DNA from: Octopus vulgaris
Taxonomy: Eukaryota
NCBI GenBank assembly: GCA_951406725.2
Contig: OX597820.1
Location: 105,214,001-105,278,000, forward strand
Reading direction: 5' to 3'
DNA: 64,000 nucleotides
Below the pieces are notes generated by a model. It did no database searches. It was not told the DNA's origin and saw only the letters and a program-made list of their open reading frames with translations. Positions 38,663-53,845 of the stretch are shown one piece after another (the stretch's first letter is position 1; the number at the start of each line of letters is the position of its first letter). The translations under genes were made by a program, and so were the position numbers.

Positions 38663-39218
38663 TATAATAATGAAATTATTGTATACAGTGCTCAGGTGCA
38701 CCACAACTTGTCAGAAAGTGCATATAAAGTACATGCAGTAATGTAGAAATGTCTGGAAAGTGAACATGTTTGTGTGTGTATGGAGGGGAGAAAATCAAGT
38801 GTAGTGTTGGCGAATCTCAGGAAGCATGGAAGTCTTGAAGGATGCAGTGCTCCGGCAACTAACAACCGATGCCGGCAGTTTGTTCCACGCTTCAGCAACT
38901 CTCAGTGTGAAAAAATGTTTCCTGAAGTCATGGGAGCTGTGCTGTTTTCTTACTTTGTAAATATGTCCACGGGTGTTAGATGAGTGGAGTTTGAAGAGGT
39001 GCTCAGTGTTATTGTTTGTGCGATGGTTGATAATTTTATGGGTGTCTGCCAGGTCAGCTGCCAGACGTCGGAGTTTCAATGTGTCCATGCCCAGGGAAGT
39101 AAGGTGTTCAGGATATGGCAAATGCCTGATGGAGGGTATTCTTTTGGTTGCACGTCGCTGAACAGCTTCCAGACGATTGATGTCCTGGGCAAGATAGGGG
39201 TTCCAGACCGGTGATGCA
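38663..39218 (-). mobile_element. CR1 LINE 3' end, second copy
   Basis: Close match to 23620-24192 (FASPVWNPYLAQD...MLPEIRQHYT). Confidence 0.9.
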
Positions 39219-40789
39219 AATATATATATGAATATAGTTTTGCGAGTGCATACATGTACATTAAAATGTATGTATACATATATGCACGTGTATGGATGTG
39301 TACTATCTGTATATGTCATTTATAGATTCTAGTATTTATTCCTTAGTATGCAGGTGTATAGGTATCTAATTACCTCCTCTTGAGACCGCCTACCCTGTCG
39401 CATGCTGTCATAAGCTATAAAAGTTTCCAAACAGTTATTGAACTGAAGGATACCTTCCTTCACCAGAAGTTTAATGCACTTTAGCCTTTCCTCCAATTAA
39501 CTAAACCTACTAGGCACAGGTTTTTTTCTTCTTTTTAGATGACGGCACCTAGTTAAAACACTCAACATTAACATTCCTCGTTATCGGATTAAAGGGACAT
39601 AACCTAAATTCCATAAAATGAATTATTCCTCTTACCTTTAACGTTTTAACTTGTTTGTGTTTTTACTTTCTTTTTTTGCATTTTCCCAGAGTAACGTTGT
39701 TATTTGAGCCTGAACGATCACCAGATCACACACGATACATTATCATTATACAAGGCTATCGATTAGTGCACTATCTGAACATGAAACTTGAAGTAGTTCC
39801 CATGCATTCATTAAATATTTGTCTCTTGCATTCACTGCATTCCCCCACTATATATTTGACCACCTCCACTCCATCATTATATCCATCTCTCACTCATACA
39901 GCATTACCTACTCCCAGTGATTCTTTTGTATTCATGATCTCTTCTTTTCACCATCCTAGACATGTCACCTTAAATGCACGCAGTACCTCATTACCATACA
40001 TACATACAGCTCCCTGTAGCACCACTCTAGTCACCCAAATAAAATGTGAGGTTATAAAATGTGACTTATAAAAACGTTTAATATATATAATATATGAATC
40101 TCCTCCACAACAAACCTAGTCTTCATTCATTCAGTTATGCATTAACCTCTCAACAACCCATATAAAGTAATTACTCCATCCCCTTTTCTCTCTCTCACAT
40201 AATGGGCCTCTTTAAGCTACAAGACTTGCAAGTTACAAGGCAACCCTGACTAGTGTTGGTGCCATGAAAAAAGCAACCTGTACATTCTGTAAAGTAATTG
40301 GTGTTAGCAAGAGCATTCAGCCATAGAAGCCACACCAAAACTAAAGCACTGGAACAAGACATGTTCTTCTGACCTATGCCAGTAGGAAACAAAATGAACA
40401 TAAAAATGCAGCTGCTGCTCTTTGTATGCATAGTTAGACTTAGCTTTATATATATAACATATAAACTTATATCATCATCATCATCATTTAACATCCCTTT
40501 TTCCATAATGCTATGTGTGACAGAGTCAACATGAACTGATGAACCAGAGGGATGTGCTGAGCTCCAATGAGTGCTTGATGCCCTTCCTAATACCAACCAG
40601 AATGTACTGAATGTTTTTTTTCAGGGCACCAGAACTGGTACGGTCACCCCCTCAACTGAAAGGGATATGATATTCTTTTCTATATTTACTTGTGCCAGTC
40701 ATTGGACTGTGGCCATACTGGAACATCATCTTGAAGAGTTTAGTTGAATAAATCACCCCAGTCTGGTACTTATTCCATTGGTCTCTTTA

Positions 40790-41390
40790 CAGATGTTGGA
40801 AGGGTATCAGAAAGCATGTGCAATATGGATATCTTAAGAGTTGAGACCTGATTTGAAGGAAAGAAATTTAGGGATCTGCTCTGATCAACTGGAGATGTTT
40901 GAAGTGAATGAAGACAAGTTTTTTTTTTTATTTCTTCTCTGGTGACAGAGGATGAAACCTAGGTATATCTTTACAATCCAAAAATGAAGGATCAGTTCAT
41001 GGAAAGGTATCGCATCTTTTTTCCAAAGCATAAGAAGTTCAAGAGCAGTGCAATGTACAGCTTAGAGAAGCCATTAGAAGGAAGAGACTGGACAAGAAAC
41101 TGAAAATGATCCACAATCACCATGACAACAAATCAGACAAGAGGCAAATTGAGCCGGTCAGTGGTTCTTCATCTATTGTACAGCTAGGATCTGTTATTTT
41201 CTGGCTTGTACTTGCTCAGTCTAAAGAAGGGTAGTCTTTGAGGGAAAACAATTTGATGATGTAGCTGAAGTGAAACTGGCTGTGAAGAAGTGAGTACAAC
41301 AATGCACGCCTGAATTTTTTTCAAAGGATCCAGATCTATCTCTTTGTGTTTTGATTCTATATTTATGTAGGTGTATGGATGTTGGTGAAA
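40790..41390 (+). mobile_element. Highly decayed mariner transposase relic
   Basis: LVTEDET*VYLYNP at ~40940; DLLFSGLYLLSLKKG..GKQFDDVAEVK at ~41190-41280. Confidence 0.6.
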
Positions 41391-41689
41391 ATGTATGAGG
41401 GGAATGGAGGGAGTGCATGAGTGCACATTCATACATTGCCCTCAGGTGTGTGTGTATGTGAGCCTGCAGATGTAAGGTTGTGTTGAATAGTTGATTCTCT
41501 GAGTAGGTGCATTAGAGAGAACATGTGTCTGTATCTGCACATTTGTGTATATGTATGATATGGGATTTATGAAGAGTATGGATGGTAAAATATTTCTTTC
41601 TCATCTTTATTAAGTGGTTGTCTTTTTGCCTGGACTGCATTTGTGTATTATATGTGGATTCAGTGCATATATTGACCAGCTGTGTTATT

Positions 41690-42290
41690 TGTTTATGGGA
41701 TGGTATAGATCGAATTACAATTTAATGATATTTCATCTTTTATTCCAATAACTCCAAGAAATGAGTTTGATGCCTGATTGACTTCAATTCTCAGACATGC
41801 AAAACAGTTCTGTGCATGCACAATAGCTCTGTGTTTAAATACACCAGTATGGTACAGTGGTGGTGTGGTCACTACATTTTTTTTTTTTTTTTTTACTAAA
41901 TGATAGTTTCCATTGTGATCTTCCATATCTGCCATAAAGATGCATCATTTGGATATATTAAAAGAATTTTTGTCAATGTTATCCTTGGCATGCTGAGAAG
42001 AGTATCACATAAGTTTCTTACCACAGCATTTGTTCTAATGTTTCTTCATTCTTTTTGCTATGCTTCTGGTAGTCTCCCCAATATATGCAGTGGTTGAGTT
42101 CCCACACTTGCCTTCCAAACATTTTAATTGATAAACAACATCTCTCATTTTACAGTTAATTCCAGGGTTTGTTTTACACACAGCACAGATCTTATTTGTA
42201 CATGCGGTTCTATCAAAGGAGTATTTTCTGCTTATCTGTGATCTAATTGATTTCCCTACTACCTTAATTCTAAGACACAACTCATCAACA
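41690..42290 (-). mobile_element. Penelope-like element remnant, GIY-YIG endonuclease
   Basis: ORF 42035-42280: C..C...CKMRDVVYQLKC...C....AYIGETTRSIAKRMKKH. Confidence 0.8.
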
Positions 42291-42865
42291 ATGACTCTTG
42301 CCCTTTCAGTCTAACTTCACCTCACTGAGCTACCTCCAGCTTTTGCAACTTGGAATACCAAAGAAATGAATGAAAGTCATCATCATTTTTTGAATATCCA
42401 CTTTTACATGTTTGCATTCTTCATAAATGCTACATCACCTACATCTTGATCTTTCCAGCTACTCTCACACATCCTTATGTAATGCAGTGTAGCCATACCT
42501 ATGGCTATCCCTCTACCATACTTTGGCTTTTCAACACATGGTATAAAGCCACCTCCCTCTCTACTACAACTCCACTCAGTTAAGGGGGAGGCTTTCCTTG
42601 ACATACAAGTTACTTTTGTGGCCTTACTCATGCTGGTTGTCAGAAAAAAAAAGACACCCAACACTGTAAAATGATTGGCATTAAGAAGGGCATCCACCTG
42701 TAGAAGCCTTTGGTTAGCTTGACCCCATCCACCCACATCTCAAGCTCACTGGATCTTGTCAAACTTATACAACATGGAAAATGGATATTAAATGATGATG
42801 ATACAGTTGTCACTTGATAATCAATATATTGGTTTTATCAAACTCAAGAGAAATTAAGAGCTGTA

Positions 42866-42980
42866 TAGGGTGGCCCAAAAGTCACAAAGTATAAAATTGC
42901 AGTTGGTGCAACAGCTAAAGCCACCAGATTATGTTCACAGATTGCAATGTGTAATCAGACTTTGTGACTTTTGACTCATG
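42866..42980. mobile_element. Small Tc1/mariner-type MITE
   Basis: Perfect 15-bp inverted repeat CAAAAGTCACAAAGT (42876-42890) / ACTTTGTGACTTTTG (42959-42973); left end TA.AGGGTGGCCC. Confidence 0.5.
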
Positions 42981-45735
42981 AAATATATAGCCTTGTATGT
43001 TATCAATGCACTGACCAACCACCAAAATAATTCTAAAACAGCAGAACATGGTACTGACTTATAAAAATGTTTAATATATTTTATAGTATATTATGGTTGC
43101 ATAATGAAATATCACATCCCTACATGTAATTAATACCAAAATAATTACTGAACAAAGATTAAAATAATCAAAGACTACAAATTGCTTACAATATATTCAG
43201 TAATCTTTTTTCTGATTCTTTTTCTTAGATTTTTTTACATCAAAGTAAATTATTAAAAAAAAAAAAAATAGAGAACAAAATCTTGTAGTTAATTCATTTT
43301 TATTTCATTTTTTTCTTTTTTTCAAATATTTTTCATCCCACAATGATTTTAGACAGAGGTAATAGTTTTCTTCTTCATGGGATCACTCATTCACACAAAC
43401 ACACACACACAAACATTTTAAAATAAGAAGTGGAGGGGAAAGCATTTCCCCTACCCGAACAAAAGAATTTTTAAAAAAGTTTTTTAACTGTTTTTTTTTC
43501 AATAAGTAACAAACAAAAAATACTAATATTTAAAAAAAAAGAACCAAAACAAAAAAAAAATCTTTTAAAATTTCTTTTCTCCCTAAAATCAAATATAAAT
43601 GCACATTCTTTTACTGTTTTCAGTCACTGAACAATGACCAAGCTGGGACACTGCTTTTAAAAGGTTTTTAGTCAAAACCTATCAACCCCAGTACTTATTT
43701 AATCAAACTTTATTTGTTGAACCAATAAGATACAAACCATAAAGGAACATAACATAAAACAATATAAACAGAGACACACACACACATGCACACATACATT
43801 ATCACATGACAGACTTCTGCAGTTTCCATCTACCAAATTCCACTTGCAAGGTATTAGTCAACCCAAGGCTATAGCAGAAGGCACTTGCCCAAGGTGCCGT
43901 GCAGTGGATTTTATCAAGAACCATGTGGTTGTGAAATGACCATCTTAAAAACCACACAGCCATGCCTGCACCTATAAGTATCTTACACAATACATGTTGC
44001 AAGAATTAAAATATAAACTTTTTTTTTTTAAACAGAAAAGAAAAAAAAGTAATATAATCATATTAAAAAATAATTTTTTAAAAATAAAATCTCCAGCAGC
44101 TTAGTAGCAAAGAAGAGATAGCAGCTTCCTTTGCATGTCTTTTTACTCTAATACTAATTTGGAATTAGAAATCTTATAGTATTAGTGTGTTGTTACTGTT
44201 TTTGCTTTTTGTGTTCTATTATCTACACTACATACCAATTTGCTTATTCAAGTGTTATTAAGTTCTTAAATTCTACATATGAACATAAGGTGAAAATACA
44301 ACTTCAAAATGTCCAGCCCTTTTTCTTTATATATATATATATACAGATATATATTTTTTAGTTGGTCTGTTCTCTGATAATTGTTAGGGGCACTACTTAT
44401 ATGTTTGCAGATAATCTGTCGTCTAGGTTTCAAATATAGAGACATGCTCTATTTCTATAGCACAGCATTTGAACAGACTCACAGCATAGTTAACATAAAA
44501 CTTTAAAATCCTGAATTTTAAATCCAGTCCCCTGCATATTTTGTGTGTGTATGTATATATATATATACATACACACACAGAGTAGCTTTCTCATATATAA
44601 GCAAAGCCATTGCTAGAAAGAATCATTGAAATGAGTCATTGATGAAGCAATGTGAAGCCCTCGTATGATTCCTGAGCCCAGCTAAATATTTGCACATTCT
44701 ATCGCATAATGCACAGCTGTGCTGGCTGGCAGAGGGGATAGGTGGCACAGTGAAAGCACATCTTTCCACAGATTGCACGTACACACACGCACACGCATAT
44801 ACATATACACATGTATGTGTGAATGTGCATAAAACGTAGGAATAGGGTATTTTAAGATTGTAAAAGTATGAACCAAAACAACAGACTACAGATGAGCTTT
44901 ATTGTTCAGAAAGCTGGAACAAGTTTATATTAACTTTATATCTATTGAAAATATAATAAATAGGATTCAAAATATCTTTCATTGTGTCCTGTTTTTCATG
45001 CTGACATGACTTGCAGTAACTGGAGCAAAGGGTCTGGTGTAATAAAAATAGTTTACAAAGTTGCTACAATATTTGAATTATTTTACTGGTTTTAGGTCTT
45101 AAGGGTACCAAAAAGAAAAATTAAATTTTCTTATATGAAAATAGTGTTGTAATTTACTTGATGCATTCTTACATGAATGCATTTTTATATATGCATTAGT
45201 CTATACACCTGCTATATATAATATATATGCATTAACACACACATGTATATTTAGGACTACAAAACACTAAAATACCTGAATTAAGAAACATATACTGCCA
45301 AATCAGACAACTTGTAGAAAAAATAGTTTAAAAGTTACAAATTTTTATTCGTTTTGATTCCTACTTAAAAATGATTATCAAAACATCCATTCACAAAAAG
45401 AAAAGATGTACGGTTAATTCTTTTTTTGTTTGTTTGTTTTGTTTTTGTCAAGCTGGATTTCATTTGTTTAAAAAGAAATTTCAAAAGTCCATTTTAGGAC
45501 TCACTGAAAACTGTACACATATAAGATTAATAAGAATAATGATTAAACAAAAGCCTACACTTACAAATTACAAAGTACATAAGTATTGTAATAAGCAATA
45601 ATCCATGTCTTGGCTGAAGTCACAGATGAGATTTTCATTTAGAGAAAGTAACAGTTAAGAGGTGTATCAGCAATGAAGAGCTGAAATTGCATAATCTACA
45701 AGGACTATATATATTATTGCTATTTAGCTATTTAC

Positions 45736-45768
<33 letters not shown>

Positions 45769-47478
45769 TACACAGACTCACTACAGCTGCACACCGCACA
45801 TACAATCTTACTAAGGGTTGTACAACATTCAAGGTTAGTTTATTCCAGATTGAAAAGTCTAAAGTTTGAGTTTGAAATAACAGTTCATTTGGTATTTGTT
45901 ATAAAAAGGATTAAGATATGAAGCCATTTTATATCAAATCATTTCAAGTGGAGAAAGAATTAAGATTCACATCACATGTGAATTTTAGAGTTTCTAGAAT
46001 TTGAAATTTTTATTTTCTGTTCATTTGTTTAACATTTTTATTTCTTTCTGTCCCTGTATCCATCCAAATATTTATACATAATGGATATTTACATGAATAC
46101 ATTACATACATCCACAACTTTGAACAAAGTCTTCACCAGATTTCACTAGTAATATTATGATGGCTGTCCAAATTTAATCTAAAACAAGCTCAGCTCAAAA
46201 GATGGTGGGCTACATTCAAACAAAGACAGCTGACTAGTAGGAAATCCTGTGCTTTACCAAATACAATTATGAAAATTGATAAAGCTTTGTTTATTTGAAA
46301 CATTCATGTATGCCATTTGCAAACAATTTTTTTAGACCGTAATTTTAGAGAAAATATATGAAGCCAATTCTCTAAAATCTTTCATGGAACCACTAAGAAA
46401 CTTGATTCAATTTAACATTAATATTACATGTACTGTGTGGAGTTGTTCTTTTCTATTCAAGAGCCTTTCTGTTTTAATCCAAGAAAATTAAGTATCATAA
46501 CCTATAAAATTGAAAATGATACCCCAAAATATGACAGTGTAATATTATTTTGTAACAGCTGAGAGGAAGTTTTAGTGCAAAGATATGAGATGCACTTACA
46601 AGTTCATAAATACAATAAACTATTCAAAGAAATCTGAGAAACTGAATGTCAATGCCTGATGGAAAAAACATGGAAACTAAGTGGTGACAGTTATTAAAAG
46701 ATAAAAATAATTGTAAAAAAAAAAAAAAAAGATGTAAGGTATGTTAGTATGCCATGAAAAGAAATATCTTAGACTTAGTGAATGCTTCATTGAAGAGCAA
46801 CTCTTTGATGACAACCCCTGCCAAAACTAAGAGAAACTTTTTCTCATGCTTTTTAATCATGTCTTGACACAGACCACAACTAGTTTCTTTCAATTCTAGT
46901 GATTCTATTTCATTTCATGGCTACAAGCAAAATCCAGGCTTGATTAATCTTAATTAGGAAGTTAAATCAAACTAAAACTGAACAAAAAAAAATCAAATAA
47001 AGGATGTATTTATTTTAAATTTGTAAAAAGTTAATTATAAAAATTAATTTTTTTGTTGAAATTTTTTTTTTCCTTTTTTTTCTAGTGCCCTATAATTTCA
47101 ATGTTTCAAAATAATATTCCAATTCTATCAAATTTAAAGTTAGCAGAAACCAAATTACTTATTTAGCATTATCAAACAGTCCCTCGGCTCTTTAGAATTG
47201 GTAAATACTAGTATTCATACTTAAATACAAAAAGTACCACTATTTATTTTATTTTTATATTTCTATTATACTCAAAACAATAACAAGATCCCAGCTAAGG
47301 CCAATTGTTAGAATAAAACTAGGCTTGTAAATACAACAAATGGCATAAAAGTCCGCACGTAACAGAGAGACATGTTATTTTACATTAAACATGTTTTAGG
47401 AGGGAACACCAACAAAAAAAGCAGATCAACATTTCTACTACTCAAAGACTCCAGTGAATCCATTAAGCATTTAACAAG

Positions 47479-47515
<37 letters not shown>

Positions 47516-47662
47516 TACACATATATATCATCACTGTCATCGTTAAGCATCCGCTTTCCATGTTGTCATTGGTTGGACGGTTTGACTGAGGACTGGCAAG
47601 CCAGAAGGCTGCACCAGGCTCCAATCTGATCTGGCAAGGTTTCTACAGCTGAATGCCCTTCC

Positions 47663-48145
<483 letters not shown>

Positions 48146-51100
48146 TCACCTATATGTCTGTCTATACATACAAATATACAAAAAGTAGTAATAGTCCTTC
48201 AATATGTTGACTTTCCAAAGTGAAAGAATCAACAGTAAAAATGGCAGATACATGTGTTAAAGCAAGCTTTATATACATACATACACACACACATATATAT
48301 ATATGTGTGTGTGTGTGTGTACATACATATACATATATACAGACATATGTGCATGCATGTGTACATATGTACAGACACACATACATGCGCACACATACAT
48401 GTGTGAGTGTGTATGAGTATATGCATACATGTGCACACACGCATTCAATATTATAATTAAAGTTGACTACATTTACATTACTCCAAATTTCCCTGCCACT
48501 AATCAGATGATGCTGATAATCACTCTGAAGATTGCTACATCAGCATGAAACTTCAAATAATAGAAAAGCAGACAACTTTATGATATCATAGCAAATTTGT
48601 ACTCTACTCGCTGTAGAGTGTTCTTGAATTTTGTTCAAAATACTACTTACAACTATTCACATTTACTTTAATAGCAATGTGACTTAATAATTTAAACTGA
48701 AGCAGTTGAAGTTCTTTTCATAAGAAAGCATTTTATTGAACGTACAAAAACAGTGGGGAGAAAAAAAAAAACCAGGCATGGTGGGTTAAAGACCTTAGTA
48801 TATTTCCTAATCCCACCCAAAAATGTTTACAACAGTTCAAACAGGGAAATGAATTTTGGTTTGCATTACTTTTGCAATAGCAGAACTGGTTTCCTGAGAT
48901 TGTACTAGTTTTACTAAAATGTGTTGAATTTCCTTATTATGCTTAAATTTACAAGATATTCTGAAAATTAAGAATATCAGATAACCAACATAAACCTGCA
49001 TGAGACAGCATATTTAAAATTTGCTGCTAATCTAAAAGCAGTGGGGGGGGGGGGCAGAAAACCACTTCAAGTACTGGAAAAGTTGATATTTTCTTAGATG
49101 TGTTTCAGAAAAATAAGGAATGAAGAAGTTGCACTATCCCAGGATATGAGAACCACTTTAAAGTTAAGTGCATTTTGGTCTCTAAAGAGAAGGTTAACAT
49201 CTAATACTAAAATGTAGAGACAGTATGCATTGTATATGTAAGTAAAGACAATAAGAAGAGATAGAATTTGTATAGTGATATAGCACCAGTCTAAATCTAA
49301 AGAGGTAATACAGCACCAGAAACTGAATCTAAAGACAGTTGAAATTTATCATAGCACCAATCTACAATCTAGCAGCATATATGATATTATTACCAGACAG
49401 TATAGAATCAATAGCTAGTAGAACTCTAGACAATAATGAGACTTTGAATTCAAAAATAAAATAGAATATCAGATAAGTCTAATGCTAACAAACAATACAG
49501 CACCCTTATAAAATCAATAAATTTGAGTATGATCACGCACACACAAATATATATGAAAATATACATATAAACACACAAAAGACACACACAGGACTGTATT
49601 ACTTGTAATACTGTCATTAAAAAAGAAAACTAGACAACTAAACAAAAACATTTCATATAAACAAATACAATCATAAAACCTTCATTTAATATATTTATTT
49701 TTGCTAGTTTTAACAATAAGACAACTAAACTGAGCTCAATTTGCAAAGGGTTAAATAATAGAGATGTTTTAAGTGAAGAGAAAAAAAAATAGTAGGAAAG
49801 TAAAATAGTGAATGATCAGTTTTCATGGAATTACACTTGCTAATCCGAATGAAAGTACTATACACAGAAAAAACAAAAGGGAGAGAAACACAGAAAGAGA
49901 AGAATAGAATAAAGAATGTGGGTATATATAATGGAGAAGATTTTGTCTCAGACTAAGAAGGAAATCAGTGAACTTGAATTGTGTAGAGAAAACAAATTGA
50001 CTGGAAATAGATCAAAAACTTAATTCATGGAATATATGGAGAATAGTAAGAATCCAAACAATAACATATCAATTAATTTTTCATACATTCTGGCAGATTT
50101 GAGTGGTCATATAATTACATTTGAATGTTCTATAATGTATTAAGAATGAATAGATACATTACTGTTTGGATTCTTGCAGTTCTGTATGCACCCCGTGAAT
50201 TATTATCTGTCTGGCAGACATTAGCAAATAATTGCTATAAACAAGAACTCATGCTCTTGTGAGATTCATCAGTCCGACACGTTAACTTTGACTGATGAGA
50301 CACACAATGAGGTTGAACACTATTTCAAAATCCACTCATTCTGATTGATTGTGTGTGTTATGAACCTATACTGCCTAAAGGGAAGAGGTGTTCTCTAATG
50401 ATGTAAAACAACAGTGATTCATGTTTTAATCTGCCAGAACTTATTAAGAATGAATAGATTTTAAAAAATATCACAGGATTCTGAAAGAAGATAAATATCA
50501 ATGCAACTAGTTAGGTTTTATAGAGATCAGTGGAAGACAGACTGATTTAAACATGTAGAAAATCTTGCTGAAGATATATAAAATTTGCATAAAGGGCTTA
50601 TAAATATGTACGAAACATGAACTTCCAAACATACACTGGTGGCATATTTTTCCCATTGTTCATTGACTATGTTGATATTTAATAAGTTTGACAGCAGAAA
50701 CAGTATAGAATGAAGAATTAATTCCAACCCAAAAATCTTAATATTCTGTAAGGTTAAAAAAATAAAGAAGAAAAAGGAGGAAAATAAACATATTCAAATA
50801 TTTCGTTGTTTTTTTTTTTAAAAAAAAAACACTTTTTAAAATAAAATATTGCAAGAAGGAAACTTTAAAAAAAAAACCTAATAAAAGGCAATCTGATTTG
50901 TTTGTGGATAAATGGAAATTTAAAATTGTTTTAAGTTTTTTTTTCCTTTCTTTTCAATACCACAGAAGTAAGAATAGAAATTTTTTTCACATTCAAAATA
51001 TTCCAGTAAAAATTTTTTTTAAAAATATATAAAAAGAAAAAAATGGAAAAAAAGTTGAACTCTTAAACCAAAATACAAACGAAAGTGTTCGGTTTTCGTA

Positions 51101-51725
51101 GATACTACATTTAAAGAAATAGAGATCCATAGAAGAAAAAATAAACTTTTTCTTATTGATTTTTTTTAATGTCTTACAAAGACAAAAGCAAAAATTATGT
51201 GAAACCACATTTAAAATGTTCTTAATACAATTTTCCTCCTTTATCTCTGAATCAATTTCAAAGTTGGAGATAAGGAAAATATTTAAAATCCTTAAGAAGA
51301 ATACTTTAGAATGGTGATAATACTATTTTCTCTTTTTTGGTTAATACTTGTCTGATGAACAAGATAAACCACAAACTTAAAAAGGACTCAATGCAGGCTA
51401 GCAGAGTGGATTACATAATTTAGTTAAATACTACTAGACATGAACACCTGTTTTCTCTGTTACGAGAGTTCATCATACAGCCATTCAAAAAAAAGCTTCA
51501 AGTAATCTCCTACAGGACAGAAAACAGGTGTACACAGGTAGCAGCATTTAAATTTTGAACTAAATTGAATACACCATAAATAGATTATTATACATTAAAT
51601 ATATAAATATCATAAAGATTAGCCAATATGCTCTATTTTGGGTTTTACCTTTTTCATATACAGCTTTTTTATAGAGTTTAAAGAATGCTGTCTGCTGCCC
51701 TTTACATGCACATACAAGTCCCCAC

Positions 51726-51727
<2 letters not shown>

Positions 51728-51761
<34 letters not shown>

Positions 51762-52560
51762 TGTATGTTTCTGTAGATGTATGTGTGTATATATATATAT
51801 ACACACATGTATATATATACATACATGTATACATATGCATGTATGTATATATATATATATATATGTACATATATACATACATATATATACATGTATATAT
51901 ATATATATATACATATATAAACATGTATGTATGTATATAAATGTATATATGTATACATGTATATATATATATGCATATATATATATATATATGCATATAT
52001 ATATATATATATGCATATATATATATATGTTTATATATGTATATATATATACATGTTTATATATGTATATATATATACATGTTTATATATGTATATATAT
52101 ACATGTTTATATATGTATATATATATATATATACATGTTTATATATGTATATATGTATATACATGTTTATATATGTATATATGTATATACATGTTTATAT
52201 ATGTATATATATATATACATGTTTATATATGTATATATACATATACACGTTTATATATGTATATATACATATACACGTTTATATATGTATATATACATAT
52301 ACACGTTTATATATATATATATACATATACACGTTTATATATGTATATATACATATACACGTTTATATGTGTATATATACATATACACGTTTATATATGT
52401 ATATATACATATACACGTTTATATATACATATATACATATACACGTTTTATATATATATATATATATATACCTATATGTATATATATTTATATATATATA
52501 CCTATATGTATATATATTTATACATATATATACCTATATGTATATATATTTATACACACA
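51728..52560. repeat. TA-rich microsatellite grading into a ~28-bp minisatellite (ATACACGTTTATATATGTATATATACAT)
   Basis: Direct reading; about eight 28-bp units at ~52215-52450. Confidence 0.92.
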
Positions 52561-52961
52561 AACACAAACACACATGCATATACATACACTAACACACACT
52601 GGTACAAACATACACACACACATCCATCCAAGTACACACCTCACAAATTTAATTTCAAGAGATTTGTCTATGTTAAGTTGTTGCTACTGCTGTTTCCATT
52701 CAGTTTTGTTTTGTTTTTTCTGTCTTTTTCTTTACGAAAATGGACCAAGTAAGTTTCCTCACAATGAGCCGCTGGTAACATCAAGATGCTGGACAGTGAA
52801 ATATATGGCACTTAGATTATTTATCAGCACACAAAATCCAACACCAGCATGGTGAATTTGCAGGTATCGATTTTTTTTTTTTTTTTTTTTTAAATGCCTG
52901 TTCAGAAGAAACAACATCAAGAAGAGCCATAGAAAATCACACGAAAAGTTTGAAGAAAAGT

Positions 52962-52999
52962 TCAAATGTCCATCTGAAACTGTGGTTGTTCTTCGTTTT
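52962..52999 (-). CDS. EIF4EBP: 4E-BP terminal coding exon ((E)NEEQPQFQMDI*)
   Basis: Polypyrimidine tract plus TTACAG acceptor (AG at 53001-53000); encodes TOS motif FQMDI then TGA; phase 1 matches upstream exon. Confidence 0.9.
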
Positions 53000-53845
53000 C
53001 TGTAACCAGAAAAAGAAAAGAAAAATGTCAATTTAAAATATTCATATTATAGTTTTGTTTTGTCTACTCATATATATTCATCAACTCTGAAGAGGTGAAA
53101 AGTATAAGTGGAATGTGAAAAACAGCAATGAAGGATGAGATTTAAATGTTAGTTAATTAGTGTATCCACTGAGTGGCACCTTGGGTAGGTGTCTTCTACT
53201 ATAGCTCTGGACCAACCAAAGCCTTGAAGTAGATTTGGTAGATGGAAACTGAAAGAAGCCTGTCCTCACCATCATCAACATTTAACATCCATTGTCCATG
53301 CTGGCATGGGTTGGACAGCTTGACAGGAACTGGCAAGACCAGGGCCACACCAGGTTCCATAGTCTGTTTTCGCTTATGTATATGTATGGGTGCATGTTTG
53401 TGTCTCCTTATCTTGACCATGTGATATTTGTAAATGAGTGTCGTTGTGAGAAAACATCTGAGCATGGAGAAGTATTATCTTGCTTGGAAACAAGTGAGGG
53501 TTGATGATAGGAAGGGCATCCAGCTGTAGAAAATCTGCACTCAAACAATTCTATCTAACCCATGTAAGCATTGAAAAGTGGATGCCAAAACTCTGATGAT
53601 GATGGCACCGAACTGTATCAGCCCAACCATGGCTACCAACTTTAAGTTGTAACTATTAAATGGTCCTCGTAAAACAACTGCCACAGCTATAAAGTAGCAG
53701 TAGTCTTGAAAAACAATATTGTAGGAGATTGATAAATATAGGGGGGATGTTTGTTGAGCAAGTTTGACTGCCACTACACAGAAGCTCGTTTGAGAGCTCA
53801 TGAGATAATTTCTTGAAATAAGCCCTCATTTGAAGGACTGGTGAA

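Noticed and set aside
51685-52855. Long ORFs (355, 304, 221 aa) rich in Y/I/C/M
   Set aside because: Translations of TA/TG microsatellite that lacks stops by composition; same for ORFs near 1.3-2.2k, 11.1-12.9k, 18.7-19.1k and 47.5-48.4k
52759-53031. 90-aa ORF as the 4E-BP last exon
   Set aside because: Wrong frame; the splice-compatible frame gives FQMDI* ending at 52962
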